NCBI GenBank assembly: GCA_030704615.1
Contig: CM060733.1
Span: 4,216,001-4,280,000 of the forward strand
Origin: Takakia lepidozioides
Lineage: Eukaryota; Plantae; Bryophyta
DNA length: 64,000 nt
Direction: 5' to 3'
Shown here in pieces: positions 10,711 to 22,660 of this stretch. The first letter of the stretch is position 1, and every line of letters begins with the position of its first letter. The notes beneath the pieces are model-generated. The model was not told the DNA's origin and searched no databases. It was given only the letters and a program-made list of their open reading frames with translations. Both the position numbers and the translations under genes were made by a program.

Positions 10711-11885
10711 CTTAGATGACACTGGACACTTGGGGCCTCTACATGGGAGATGTACTTGGATACATAAATAGAAGATTGCACTTGGGCTTAGATTTCAATT
10801 CTTCACACATGGGCCAACGGCATAGGCTACACAAGAGGTAGCACTTGGGCCTCAACATAGGAGACCCACTTGGATACATAAGAAATGACACTTGGGTTTA
10901 GATTTCAATTCTTCACATATGGGCCTTGACATAGGAGATGCTACTTGAATACATAAGGGATTGCACTTAGACTTAGAGTGACATTGGACACTTGGGCCAA
11001 CGGCAGAGGCTACCCTAGTACATTTTAACAATCAATATATGAAGCGAGACGTTTGTTTGTTTTGTAGTGTTGAGATGTCCCAAACCGCGAGGCCCCAGCC
11101 CTGGTGCTTGGTACCGTTGGAATGCCCTCGATGAGGAGGGGTGCACCGGCTTGGTCTTATGATTTTTGGACATGCGGTGTGGGAGATGTGGCATTTCAAG
11201 TATTTTTGGTCGCTGGAAATTCATTTGCAAAAAATAGCAAAGTGGGCTTTCTTGGGAGCCTCGACGGGAGATATATCAATAATGAATGGATATATTACTA
11301 CTCAATAGCCAAATGGAAAAAAAAAATTGGGCCTTGACATGGGAGACGTACTTCGATACATAGGAAATTGCGCTTAGGCATGTTACATGACAGTGGACAC
11401 TTGGGCCTCTACATGGGAGATGCACTTGGGTTTAGATGGGCATCCACATAGGAGACGCACTTGGATACGTAGGAAATTGCACATAGACTTAAATTTCAAT
11501 TCTTCACACAGGGGCCAACAGCATAGGTTACACTAGAGGTCGCACTTGGGCCTCTACATGGGAGATGCACTTGGGCTTAGATGGGCATCCACATAAGAGA
11601 CGCACTTGGATACGTAGGAAATTGCACATAGACTTAGATTTCAATTCTTCACACATGGGCCAACGGCATAGGTTACACTAGAGGTTGCACTGGGGCCTCG
11701 ACAGAGACGCATTGGGATACATAGGAAATTGTACTTGGTCACCTAGATTTCAACACTTCATACACGGGCCAAAGGCACATGCTACCCTAGAGGTCACACT
11801 TGGGCCGGAACATAGGAGAGACACTAGGATACATAGAAGATCTTACACTTGGACACTTGGGCCAACGGCACAGGCTACCCTTTTA
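10711..11885 (+). mobile_element. Internally repetitive non-autonomous element, probably Helitron-like; two partial tandem copies
   Basis: Repeated modules cacttgggcc..acatagga..cttagatttcaattcttcacac; both copies end gggccaacggca(g/c)aggctaccc, the first followed by CTAG-T (~11015-11019), a Helitron-type 3' end. Confidence 0.45.
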
Positions 11886-12189
11886 TCCATTATAAAACGT
11901 TACTAACATTTTTCATAATTGTTTAAAAAAAAAAAACACAAAAAGGAAACGGAAGATAATAGGAATAATGTAAGACCTTAATGCAAGCGCGTCAGGACGG
12001 TCCAGCCCGACACCCGTACCGCCCGCCGTTTTCGCCTCCGGCAGAACATCGAAAGGCAGCCGGCTGGGCTCGTCAATCCCTCCCCACCCCCGCCTCATCC
12101 CATCGGCGTCGTCGCCCCAGGGGCGTCGTCGCCCCCTGCGCGTCCTCTTTCTGCGACAGTCCGCCGCTTCCAGCAGTCCGCCAGTTCCC

Positions 12190-14690
12190 TGTAACCCCCG
12201 CCCCGGTTTCAACCATCACCCCCATGTAACCCTCTGTAACTCCGCCGAGTGTAACCCACATTACCATGGGAACCCTTTGTACCCATATAACTTTGTACCC
12301 ATATAACCCCATGACCCTCTGTAACCCATGTAACCCTCTATAACACCGCAGAGTGTCACCCCCACCCCTATGTAACCCTCACTACATGTAACCCTCTGTA
12401 ACACTTTGCAACCCATGTAACCCTATGTAACCCTCTGTAACCCCGCAGAGTGTCGCCCTTACCCCTTATGTAACCCCTCACTCCATGTAACCCTCTGTAA
12501 CCCAGTAACCCTCTGTGACCCTTTGTAACCCTCACCACCATGTAACCCTCTGTAACAACCGCAGAGTGTCACCCTCACCGGTATGTAACCCTCATTCCAT
12601 GTAACCCTCTCTGACCCTCTGTAACCCTCACTCCATGTAACCCTCTGTGACCTCTATATCCCTCACCAGGTGTAACCCTTACCTCCATGTAACCCTCTGT
12701 AACACCGCAGAGTGTCACCCTCGCCACCATGTAACCCTCACAAACCCTCTGTGGCTCTGTAACCTATGTAACCCTCTGTAACACCGTAGAGTGTCGTCCT
12801 CACCCCTTATGTAACCCCTCTGTAACCCATGTAACCCTCTGTGACCCTTTGTAACCCTCACCACCATGTAACCCTCTGTAACACCGCAGAGTGTCACCCT
12901 CACCCGTATGTAACCCTCATTCCATGTAACCCTCTCTGACCCTCTGTAACCCTCACTCCATGTAACCCCTGTGACCTCTATATCCCTCACCAGGTGTAAC
13001 CTTACCTCCATGTAACCCTCTGTAACACCGCAGAGTGTCACCCTCGCCACCATGTAACCCTCACTCCATGTAACCCTCACAAACCCTCTGTGGCTCTGTA
13101 ACCTATGTAACCCTCTGTAACACCGTAGAGTGTCGTCCTCACCCCTTATGTAACCCTCTGTAACCCATGTAACCCTCTGTGACCCTTTGTAACCCTCACC
13201 ACCATGTAACCCTCTAACACCGCAGAGTGTCACCCTCACCCGTATGTAACCCTCACTCCATGTAACCCTCTCTGACCCTCTATAACCCTCACCACCATGT
13301 AACCTCTGTAACCCATGTGACCCTCTATATCCCTCACCAGGTGTAAACCTTACCACCATGTAACCCTCTGTAACACCGCAGAGTGTCACCCTCGTCACCA
13401 TGTAACCCTCCGTAACCCTCACAAACCCTCTGTGACACCGCAGAGTGTCACCCTCATCCCCATGTAACCCTCACTCCATGTAACCCTCTGTGACCCTCCG
13501 TGGCTCTGTAACCCATGTAATCCTCTGTAAACACCGTAGAGCGTCACCCTCACCCTTTATGTACCCTCACTCCATGTAACTCTCTGTAACACATGTAACC
13601 CTCTGTGACCCTTTGTAACCCTCACCACCATGTAACCCTCTGTAACACCGCAGAGTGTCACCCTCACCCCTATGTAATCCTCACTCCATGTAACCCTCTC
13701 TGACCCTCTGTAACTCTCTGTAACCCATGTAACCCTCTGTGACCCTCTATATCCCTCACTAGGTGTAACCCTTACCACCATGTAACCCTCTGTAACACCG
13801 CAGAGTGTCACCCCCATCCCTATGCATCCCTCACTCCTTGTAACCCATGTAATCCTCTGTGACCCTGCGTAACCCGTGTAACCCTCTGTGACCCTGTGTA
13901 ACCCATGTAACCCCATGTAACCCTCACTCCATGTAACCCTCTCTGACCCTCTATAACCCATGTAACCCTCTGTGACCCTCTAAACCTCACCAGGTGTAAC
14001 CTTCAACACCATGTAACCCTCAGTAACCCTCTGTAACCCGTAGAGTGTCACCCTCACCCCTGTGTAACCTCACTCCATGTAACCCTTGTGACCCTCTGTG
14101 ACTCTCTGTACCCCTCACCAATGTAACCCTCACCACCATGTAACCCTGTAACCCTTTATCCCTCTGTAACCCTGAGTTGTGTAACCCTCACCCTAACCCT
14201 CACCTCATGTGTAACCCTCACCTCCACTCAAACTAACCCTCCACACCCTCGACTCTATGTAACACCCTCTGTACACCCCATGTAACCCTCCATGTAACCC
14301 CTATGTCCCCTCTGTACCCATGTACCCCATGACCTCTGTAACCCTTTGTAACCCATGTAACCCTCTGTTACTCCGCGAGGTGTAACCCTCACTCCATGTT
14401 ATCCTGCATCGTGTAACCCCAATGTAAGCTTGTATCATGTTATCCCATATACCCCTCTCCGTGTAACTCCAGTTCCTCGTAACCCCATCATCCCTGTAAC
14501 CCTCTGCACGTCAGCGCTTTAGCTCCGCCTCGTGTAACCCTCATTGTGCAACTCTCACATTGTAACCCCACCATGTAACCCCGATACTGTATCAATCCCC
14601 CCCGTGTAACCCCCGATTGTGTCACTCATAGCTCGTGTCACCCCGGATCCTTTATCCCCAACGCATGTCACCCCTGTTCGTGTAGCCCCT
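12190..14690. repeat. Subterminal minisatellite of TGTAACCC(TC)/GTGTCACCC motifs with a higher-order period of ~330-430 bp
   Basis: Dense catgtaaccctc motifs throughout; block ccctctgtgaccctttgtaaccctcaccaccatg recurs at ~12510, 12835, 13173, 13599. Confidence 0.9.
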
Positions 14691-14887
14691 TAGTGCCCGG
14701 CAAAAATTGGTGGGCTCCAAGAGGTGTCAGATATTTTGAATTCAAACCTGGGTTACACGATTCGGTGACATCAAAACCCACGTGTAACTCCATCATCGCT
14801 CGTCATTTTCACCAGGTGCGTAGACGACGTGCAGTCCCGAGGGCTCCGCTGCGTTGCCCGCGTGTATTATGCGATTTGTACTGTACT

Positions 14888-17800
14888 GGTGGTATTGTTG
14901 CTGCTAATGGCATGTGCTGCCGCGAAGGTGCTAGACGAGGAACGCAAAGCAGCATTGGAATCAAATGGTTTGAAAGATGAGGCGGGAGAACTCTGTCATT
15001 TGCAGCATTTGGTATCTCATTTGAAATGCATCCTACAGCTGCCCATAGACGGGCTTTTCAATCACACAAACCTCCGTTGGATACGCCAGGTTTCCCAGGG
15101 AAAAGGGAAACGGATATCCATCGAAGTAGCTGTCGTTCCATGGTCTCGCATTCCTGACTTTCTGGAGGGAGAAAGGAGTAGAGTGGATGGGAAGACCCAA
15201 TTTTATGTTCAAGATCGAAGGTACCGTGAGTTGCCAGATTTGACAACACCGCGTGCAAACAGTTATCGTCAGTGGCATAAGTAAGTCACTTATGAGGGTT
15301 GTATAACATTCCCAGCCCCACTTCTTTCTTTCTGCTAGTCTAGCAAAGTCGTATATGGCGATAACCCTCCTCGCTTTATATGCTTTTTTTGCAGGTACCA
15401 CTGCTGCTACGGCCCGATAGATAGGCGCACGGACCCGCCGATTGTGAAGAAAAAGAAAAAAAACCGATAGCAGCCTCCGATAATCAAACAGCAGTCAAGC
15501 GAATCAGACGTAAGGCAGCGGATTTCGGAGAGTCATACAAACGTGGGTGTACGTGTAGCTTCAAAGTTGGCCAGTGTTTTCTAGATTCAGAGTTGGCAAT
15601 CATCACATACTTCCAGAAACAGCATGTGGATGCAAAAGGAAAGCCATGTCATGGTTCAGCTGACCCTCTTCCCATTTCTCGCGATTCGTGCATGCCCCTC
15701 GTCTCAGCCAAGATATGAAACAGTGGATCGTCGATAGTCTTCGCAGTGGCCTATCTCCAGCTATGATTATGACACAACACACTCAACAACTCCAGGAAGC
15801 TTGTGCGTCTCAGCCAGGCATGGAGTGGAGTCGCGATTGTTTCTTGTTCGAGTACGACGTGAGAAACATTGCCGACAAGCTTGCGATTGAGAGTTACAAA
15901 AAACATCCAGATGATGCACAAAGTGTACGTATGTGGGTCAATAGCAATCCTGAATCCTGAAAGCGTCTTCTTCTACCATGAAGAGACAGCGCCAGTGGCG
16001 GGTGATTTGAAGTTCGTAATTGGAATACAAACGGAGTGGCAAAAACAGAAAATGATCGACTTGGGACACAACCGTGTGGTATCCTGCAATGCAACATTTG
16101 GGACCAACGAAAATAAGGTATTCGTGTCACGCTTTACCTTTCATTGCATTCTGAAATGTGAGTGCCATGCAACTGTTGCCAATATTTTAACGCTCACCTT
16201 ATTCATTTTTGTACCATTGCGACATTGCAGTTCCCAATGTATACCATGATGGTGTTCGACGAATGGCTCAACGGCATACCTGTTGCTTATATTATATCAG
16301 CGAGAAACAAAACGACTGACTTGAGCCCCTGGATGAAACGTCTTCGCGACCGACTTCTTCAGAGCAAACCAGATTGGAGGCCAAATGCTTTTGTTGTCGA
16401 CGATGCAGACGCAGAAATCAATGCTATCAGGTACACGGCTAGAAGTTACAATGTTCTGAGTCACACTACAAGTTGCATGCACGAGGGGTTTCATGGATCG
16501 GGCTACACTGCTGCTAGTTACACTGAGAATCACAGTAAGAGTTAAACTGCCAGTTACACGAGGGGGTGCATTGCTGCCTGTAACACTTGGAGTTACACTG
16601 TCAGTTGCTCGAGGGGTTACATGGATTGGGTTGCAGTGCTGTCTATTACACTGAGGGTTACACTATCAGTTAGACAGATGGTTATACTGCCTTGAGTTGG
16701 ACGGAGGGTTACACTGCTGTGAGTTAGACCGAGGGTTATACTACTGTGAGTTAGACCGAGGGTTACACTGCTATGAGGTAGACAGAGGGTTACACTGCGA
16801 GTTACACAGGGAGTTACACGGCGTGTCATCCGCAGTCCTACATGGATTAGGTTGCACTGCTATAGCATGTGAGTTACACTGGGAGCATCGCAGAGGGTTG
16901 TATGGGTTGGGTCGCTCTGAGAGTTACACGGTGTAACATGGATTGCGTTACAGCGCTGCGAGGGGTTATATGTGTTGGGTTACACTGCTGTGAGTTTCAC
17001 TGATAGTTACATGACCAGATGCACGAGGGGTTACATGAGTCACACTACTAAGAGTGACACTTTGAAGAGTTACACTTCTACGAGTTACACTGCGAAGAGT
17101 TCCTCTGATAAGAGTTACACTGACAAGAGTTACACTGATGGATTGGGTGGCATTTGATGTGTGTGCGTGCAGGGAATCGTTTGGGGACGTAGCAATATTT
17201 CTATGCCTTTGGCATGTTCGCCGCGCTTGGCTGAAACATTCGTGGCGTAAGATGCCCGATCCATACACTCGCAATGCTGTTTTGAAACAGCTTGGCGACG
17301 TAATGTACGGCATTAACGCCTGTGTGGGAGTCACCCCAGAAGAGTGGGCACTGGAGCGACTGGAAGATTTGAATTATTCCTATCCGCTTGCGCGTGACTT
17401 CCTACGTTACATCAGAATGGAATGGGTCCCAAAACTGAGCATGTGGATCACGGGGGCTCGTTCAGGATACTAATGCCGCAATTGAATCTTGGCACGGAAA
17501 TTTGAAGGCTCGTTTACGCTCGGGAAAGCAAAGGCTTGATGGCAGGAGAATCGATTGGCTGATCAGCGAACTCGTGGGTCCTGTTCTAACCCACTATTGG
17601 TATAGAGATAACTTGAAATCGAAAGGGTTCAAAAGGAATGTACGACAGGAGGAATTTATCAGTAATGATGTTTGGACTGCAAGGGAGATCCCTGATGTCA
17701 ATGTTCATTTGCCCACTGTTCCTGGTCATCCGGCGATTGTGGATAGTGTTCAAATGGCCGGTCGAAGCTACACAATCTATGCACCTGCGACCACCTGGGC

Positions 17801-18300
17801 TTGTTGCGATTGTCCATGGGCTTTGAAGGGTAACTTGTGCAAACATCAAATCCCGTTCTTCAATTGATGAAGCCAAATCTGAAGGAAGGGCTTATTGTGA
17901 AGCTCTGTGGCACAAAGCTCGGGACCATTCATGGAGGTCTTCACATGTTGATGAAATCGGAACTTCCAGATATTGATGCAGAGGAGGAAGTTGTGAATCT
18001 AGCAGAGCCTACGGAGTGCTCAGCATCACCCGGCGTGGTTGGCAGGAGCCATCGGATGTTTCATCAATTGAATCTGAGATGAAGTCCCTGTCGCTTCTTG
18101 GCAATGAGAGTGAAACAATGCGCAAACATTTGCTTGCCGAGCTTCGTTGTGTTCGTGGGAGGCTGTCCACTTTACAAGTTAGAATCGACAAAGGTCTGTT
18201 GCACCCTCTTCAAGCAGTTCCATTCATAAAAAATGATGATGGAAACAACATGTCCCTTGCCAGGAAAGTATATTTTGTAGACCGGTTCCGTAGTAAGTGA
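14888..18300 (+). pseudogene. MULE/SWIM transposase (YWCSFGP..RGCxCHF family), frameshifted
   Basis: Exons encode 'VVPWSRIPDFLEGE', 'YHCCYGP', 'KRGCTCSF', 'HVDAKGKPCHG', 'FVIGIQTEWQ..NATFGTN', 'FVVDDADAEINAI', 'LCLWHVRRAW', 'QDTNAAIESWH', and SWIM 'CDCPWALKGNLCKH'. GT-AG introns ~15281-15394, ~16118-16230, ~16431-17172; frameshifts near 15470, 15955, 17462, 17850. Confidence 0.88.
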
Positions 18301-19645
18301 CCATTGAGTCCATTGGCAATGACACTTACTTTGTGATCACCAAGTTTAATATGAAGTACATGTCTGTTCATGGGTTGTTATTCACTTTGCCATTCCATCC
18401 ACATTCAACCTATGTAACCCACTCAATGGGACACCCATGGGCCGGGGTGACACACCGCAGGGTTACACTGTCTGGGGTTTCATAACATAACATAGCTCTA
18501 CTTAGTGTAACTTGCATCTGTGGTACTCCACACAGTGTAACACAGATGAGTGTGAACCTCTTCAGTGTAACTCATTGTGGTGTAACTCCAAGTGTAACTG
18601 CAATGTAACTATCAACAGTGTAACCTAGTATGTAACCCCATAGAATATTGCTGTCAGTGGTGTAACTCTGAGAACAATGTGACTACAATGTGACTACAGG
18701 GTCTGGGTTAGTCTGCCGGGGTTACATGACCCTTCAATACAGAGTGGGAAGATGTTGAAGTCGAGCACCTTTAGTCACCAACACTAGCCCCTGTATGTGT
18801 AACCCTCTATGTGTAACCCAATTTGTGTGTAACCCATGGACGTGTAATCCATGAGATAGATAATCATTCCGTTCAACCTATGTTATGGACCAGTGTAGCC
18901 CTCCGGAGTGTAACTTGTTGTGTAACCCCAAGAAGTATGTATCCCGACCATATGTAACCCCCATTGATGTCACCCCATCGCATGTAACCCATTGTACAAT
19001 TTGGGGTGCACGCTATAAACCCCGATGCTACATCACCCCATCTTATGTATCCCCACGACACGTAGCCCTTGTATAGGCAACCCTGCCCACTTTCATTGTG
19101 CACAGTGTAACTTAGAACTGTGTAACCCTCTTGAGTGAGTGTAACCCAGAGTGTTGTAACTCCAAGAAGTATGTAGCCCGACCAGATGTTACCCCCACAC
19201 TATTGTGACCCCATCGTATGTAACCCATTGTACATAGCCCTCATGTATGTAACCCCATGTAGTATAAATCTGAGAACTTCAGTGCACAAACACTTCAGTG
19301 CGAAAAAAATAAAAAATAAAACAAATGTGCATAGTCGAGGTGGGGTTACATGCCACGAAAGTATACTGTTTCAGCAACGTGACCCTGACATAGCCAGGTA
19401 TGTAACCCATAAGTGTAACCCCACGTTGTGAGACCCGGCATGGTGTAACCCATCACTTATGTGTGAACCCACAGAGTGTAAGCCCATTGCCCCAGGGCCC
19501 AAAGGTGTACCCAAGTACTTGTCTATGATTCCACTTCATGTAACCTTATAAGGTGTAACCCCATGTAAGCCCATTGCATGAAACCCAAACTATGAAGTGT
19601 TACGAACAAACCACATAGAAGCAAAAATGCATCAAGAGACGCTAT

Positions 19646-21717
19646 TTATTTCTTTGGCCATCTGACCAAGTCTTTGTCCATCTCGTCACACAGCCAACTA
19701 ATCATATGAGTACGGGAAGCTATCATGGTTGACTCGTTGAACCAACTTGCAGTAAACGCCCGCCTATGACGGGTTCGATCTTCTGTGGTTTTCACATTGA
19801 ACTTCCACTCCAAGTAAAATTGCACAAAACAAAGTGCATAATAGCCGCACTCCCAACAGCTCCGTTGTTGGGGGACACTGGCCTCAAACCATTCCATCCT
19901 CTCCATGACGTAACTGAAGTCATCAGATCCAGGCATGAAATCAAAGAACGCTATGGCAAAATTTCGCAAAATTCCTTCAATGAGTTTGGGTCGGAGTCCA
20001 AATGTACTATCCGACCTCGGCGCTCTAAAACAGCTACACTCCAGTGATCACTGCAACACAAACAAAGCCGTTACGTCAGAATAGAAAAAAACATCTCCAA
20101 TGAAACCCATTGTGGTGTAACCCAGTAGTGTAACCCTTTGTACTGTAACTCTAAACGGTGTTACACAACTAGTCAGCAGTCACTAGTGCAACTCAGTCTA
20201 GAATAGAGGAGTGTAACCCAACATGCTCAGTCAATGCTGAAATTACTTACTCGAAGACAATAGGGATGACAACCACGTCCACAAGATCTCGATTCTTTGT
20301 GAACACCATCCCTCGGGCATCCTGAGTGTACCATTCTTGCACCAACCCGAATAGCGTCTGCAGATCGTTACCATTGGTACGCATGACATGCCATTGAAAA
20401 GGAGCACAGATGACAAACTCAGGTGCGATAGCCTTAAACAATTTGGCCTCCAGAAGTTTGTTGTAACCCGAGAGCAATGCATCTGTGACAGTTGCTCTTA
20501 TTTTATACATCGGCTCAAAATCTGTCTCTTCCAAGTAAAACTGTAACGGACTAGAAGCCAGGAAGGCATCGCCATAATAAAACTTCACTTCAGGCGCCCC
20601 AGGAGGGTCCGACACCATTCTGAACTTTGTCAAGTACCGTTGTTTTAGTCTGCACAACAAACCGCACATTACGAACATTACGATGCATCATACAAGAGTT
20701 ATAATCAATATTCAAAATCAGAGAGGATCAAAGTACAATGAGGTACCTCGAACGCTCCCGCAAGTGCTTGGCCAGGACCTCTTGCTGCTGGACAACGTCA
20801 ACCTCCGAGACCCCTGCACTTTTGCCTTTCGGTTTGGTTCGCTGTTTTTTGGGTGCGACAAGAACAGATACTTCTTTGTCAGCGCTAGGGGGTTCAGCCA
20901 ACCGCTTTCTTTGAGCAGGCGGCCGTTTTGACCTCCTGGGATTCTCTGCAACCCTGACAATGCCGCCGATAGGGGGAATTTCTGAGCCAGAGGTGCCTTG
21001 TTCTGAGTTTGCTGCAAGTGCTGAAGACTGCACTCCCTCGTCTGAGACGTGCTGGGAAGGTGATTGACCAAGGGCAGAAGTGTCACAGCTCACCTCCTCG
21101 GTGCTACCCCTGTCAGTGTAACCCTTCTGTTCAAACCCCTTGTCACGCTTCTTAGTGTCACCCTTCTCTTCGGCTACCTCCTCAGTGTCACGATTCTCAG
21201 TGTCACCCTTCTCAATGTTACCCTTCTCTTCGGCTACCTCCTTAGTGTCACTCTTCTTAGTGTCACCCTTCTCTTCAGCTACCTCCTCAGAGTCACGCAT
21301 CTCAGTGTCGCCCTTCTCTCCGGCTACCTTCTCAGTGTCACCCTTCTCTTTGGCCGCATTATCAGTGTCACTCTTCGCAGTGTCACCCTTCTCATCGGTT
21401 CCTTCCCAGTGTCACTCTGCTGAGTAACAATCTTATGTGTGTCACCCTTGGCAGTATCACTCTTCTCAGTGTCTAGATGCTCCGCAACATCCTTCTCTTC
21501 GTGACTCTGCACAGTGAAACGCTTCTCAGTGTGACCCTGCTTTGTGTCACCCTTCCAACTGACAACCTCCTCGGTGACACCCTTCCCCGTGTCACCCATG
21601 TCGATGTCACTCTTCTTTGCATCAACCTCCTCAATGCCATCCTTGTTTGTGTCGCCCTTCTCCGCACCCTCCAAGACCATGTTGACTAGCAGAAGACCGT
21701 CATCCGTCGCGACTAGT
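19646..21717 (-). pseudogene. Ulp1/C48 SUMO-protease-like gene of the MULE, with an acidic repetitive N-terminus; 5' end lies in the gap
   Basis: Spliced 'IPIVFD|DHWSVAVL..IVHLDS' and 'VPQQRSCWECGYYAL' give the His-Asp-Gln-Cys catalytic set; exons 21717-20747, 20649-20251, 20050-19646; frameshift ~19975; convergent with the transposase. Confidence 0.82.
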
Positions 21718-22217
21718 NNNNNNNNNNNNNNNNNNNNNNNNNNNNNNNNNNNNNNNNNNNNNNNNNNNNNNNNNNNNNNNNNNNNNNNNNNNNNNNNNNN
21801 NNNNNNNNNNNNNNNNNNNNNNNNNNNNNNNNNNNNNNNNNNNNNNNNNNNNNNNNNNNNNNNNNNNNNNNNNNNNNNNNNNNNNNNNNNNNNNNNNNNN
21901 NNNNNNNNNNNNNNNNNNNNNNNNNNNNNNNNNNNNNNNNNNNNNNNNNNNNNNNNNNNNNNNNNNNNNNNNNNNNNNNNNNNNNNNNNNNNNNNNNNNN
22001 NNNNNNNNNNNNNNNNNNNNNNNNNNNNNNNNNNNNNNNNNNNNNNNNNNNNNNNNNNNNNNNNNNNNNNNNNNNNNNNNNNNNNNNNNNNNNNNNNNNN
22101 NNNNNNNNNNNNNNNNNNNNNNNNNNNNNNNNNNNNNNNNNNNNNNNNNNNNNNNNNNNNNNNNNNNNNNNNNNNNNNNNNNNNNNNNNNNNNNNNNNNN
22201 NNNNNNNNNNNNNNNNN
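21718..22217. other. Assembly gap (500 N)
   Basis: Run of n; probably hides the right subterminal repeat array. Confidence 1.
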
Positions 22218-22478
22218 GCGGGGGTTACAGGGAACTGGCGGACTGCTGGAAGCGGCGGACTGGTGTCGCAGAACGAGGACGCAGGGGCGCGACGACGCGC
22301 CTGGGGCGACGACGCCGATGGGATGAGGGCGGGGTGGGGAGGGATTGACCGAGCCCAGCCGGCTGCCTTTCGATGTCTGCCGGAGGCGAAGAACCGGCGG
22401 TACGGGTGTCAGGGCTGGACCGTCCTGACGCGCTTGCATTAAGTTCTTACATTATTCCTATTATCTTCCAAAGGAAAC

Positions 22479-22660
22479 CTGGGAGCGACAGAGGGGGGAA
22501 AATTAACCCCCTTTCATTTATGGGCCATGAGACCTACAGGACGATCAACGCCCAGACGAACGATCCCACACACAGGGCAGCAGGGCAGCGGGTTTGAACC
22601 CCGAACCACCAGGGCGACGCACTGTCTCGCTGTCATCGGACGGAGCGATGGCGGAGAGCT
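22479..22660 (-). mobile_element. tRNA-derived SINE-like element interrupted near its 3' end by the MULE
   Basis: B-box-like ggttcaaaccc on the minus strand (~22590-22601); same family as 62525-62712 (gaaacctgggagcgac...ggggaaaat(t)taaccccc...gggtttgaacccc..accac.agggcgac.cactgt). Confidence 0.6.

Larger units (their letters stand above)
11951..22469. mobile_element. Mutator-like element (MULE), ~10.5 kb, with long TIRs and 9-bp TSD
   Basis: Left TIR ggaagataataggaataatgtaagaccttaatgcaagcgcgtcaggacggtccagccc.. (11951-~12200) is the reverse complement of 22218-22469; TSD aaaggaaac at 11942-11950 and 22470-22478. Confidence 0.95.

Noticed and set aside
12715-13961. 235-aa and 134-aa minus-strand ORFs
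   Set aside because: By-products of the stop-poor minisatellite; no protein motifs.
12190-14690. Telomere or interstitial telomeric array (TAACCC)
   Set aside because: The motif is TGTAACCC(TC) with variable spacers, not tandem TTTAGGG/TTAGGG, and it lies inside TIR/TSD-defined MULE ends.
21324-22439. 371-aa and 260-aa ORFs spanning the gap
   Set aside because: Artefacts of translating through 500 N.
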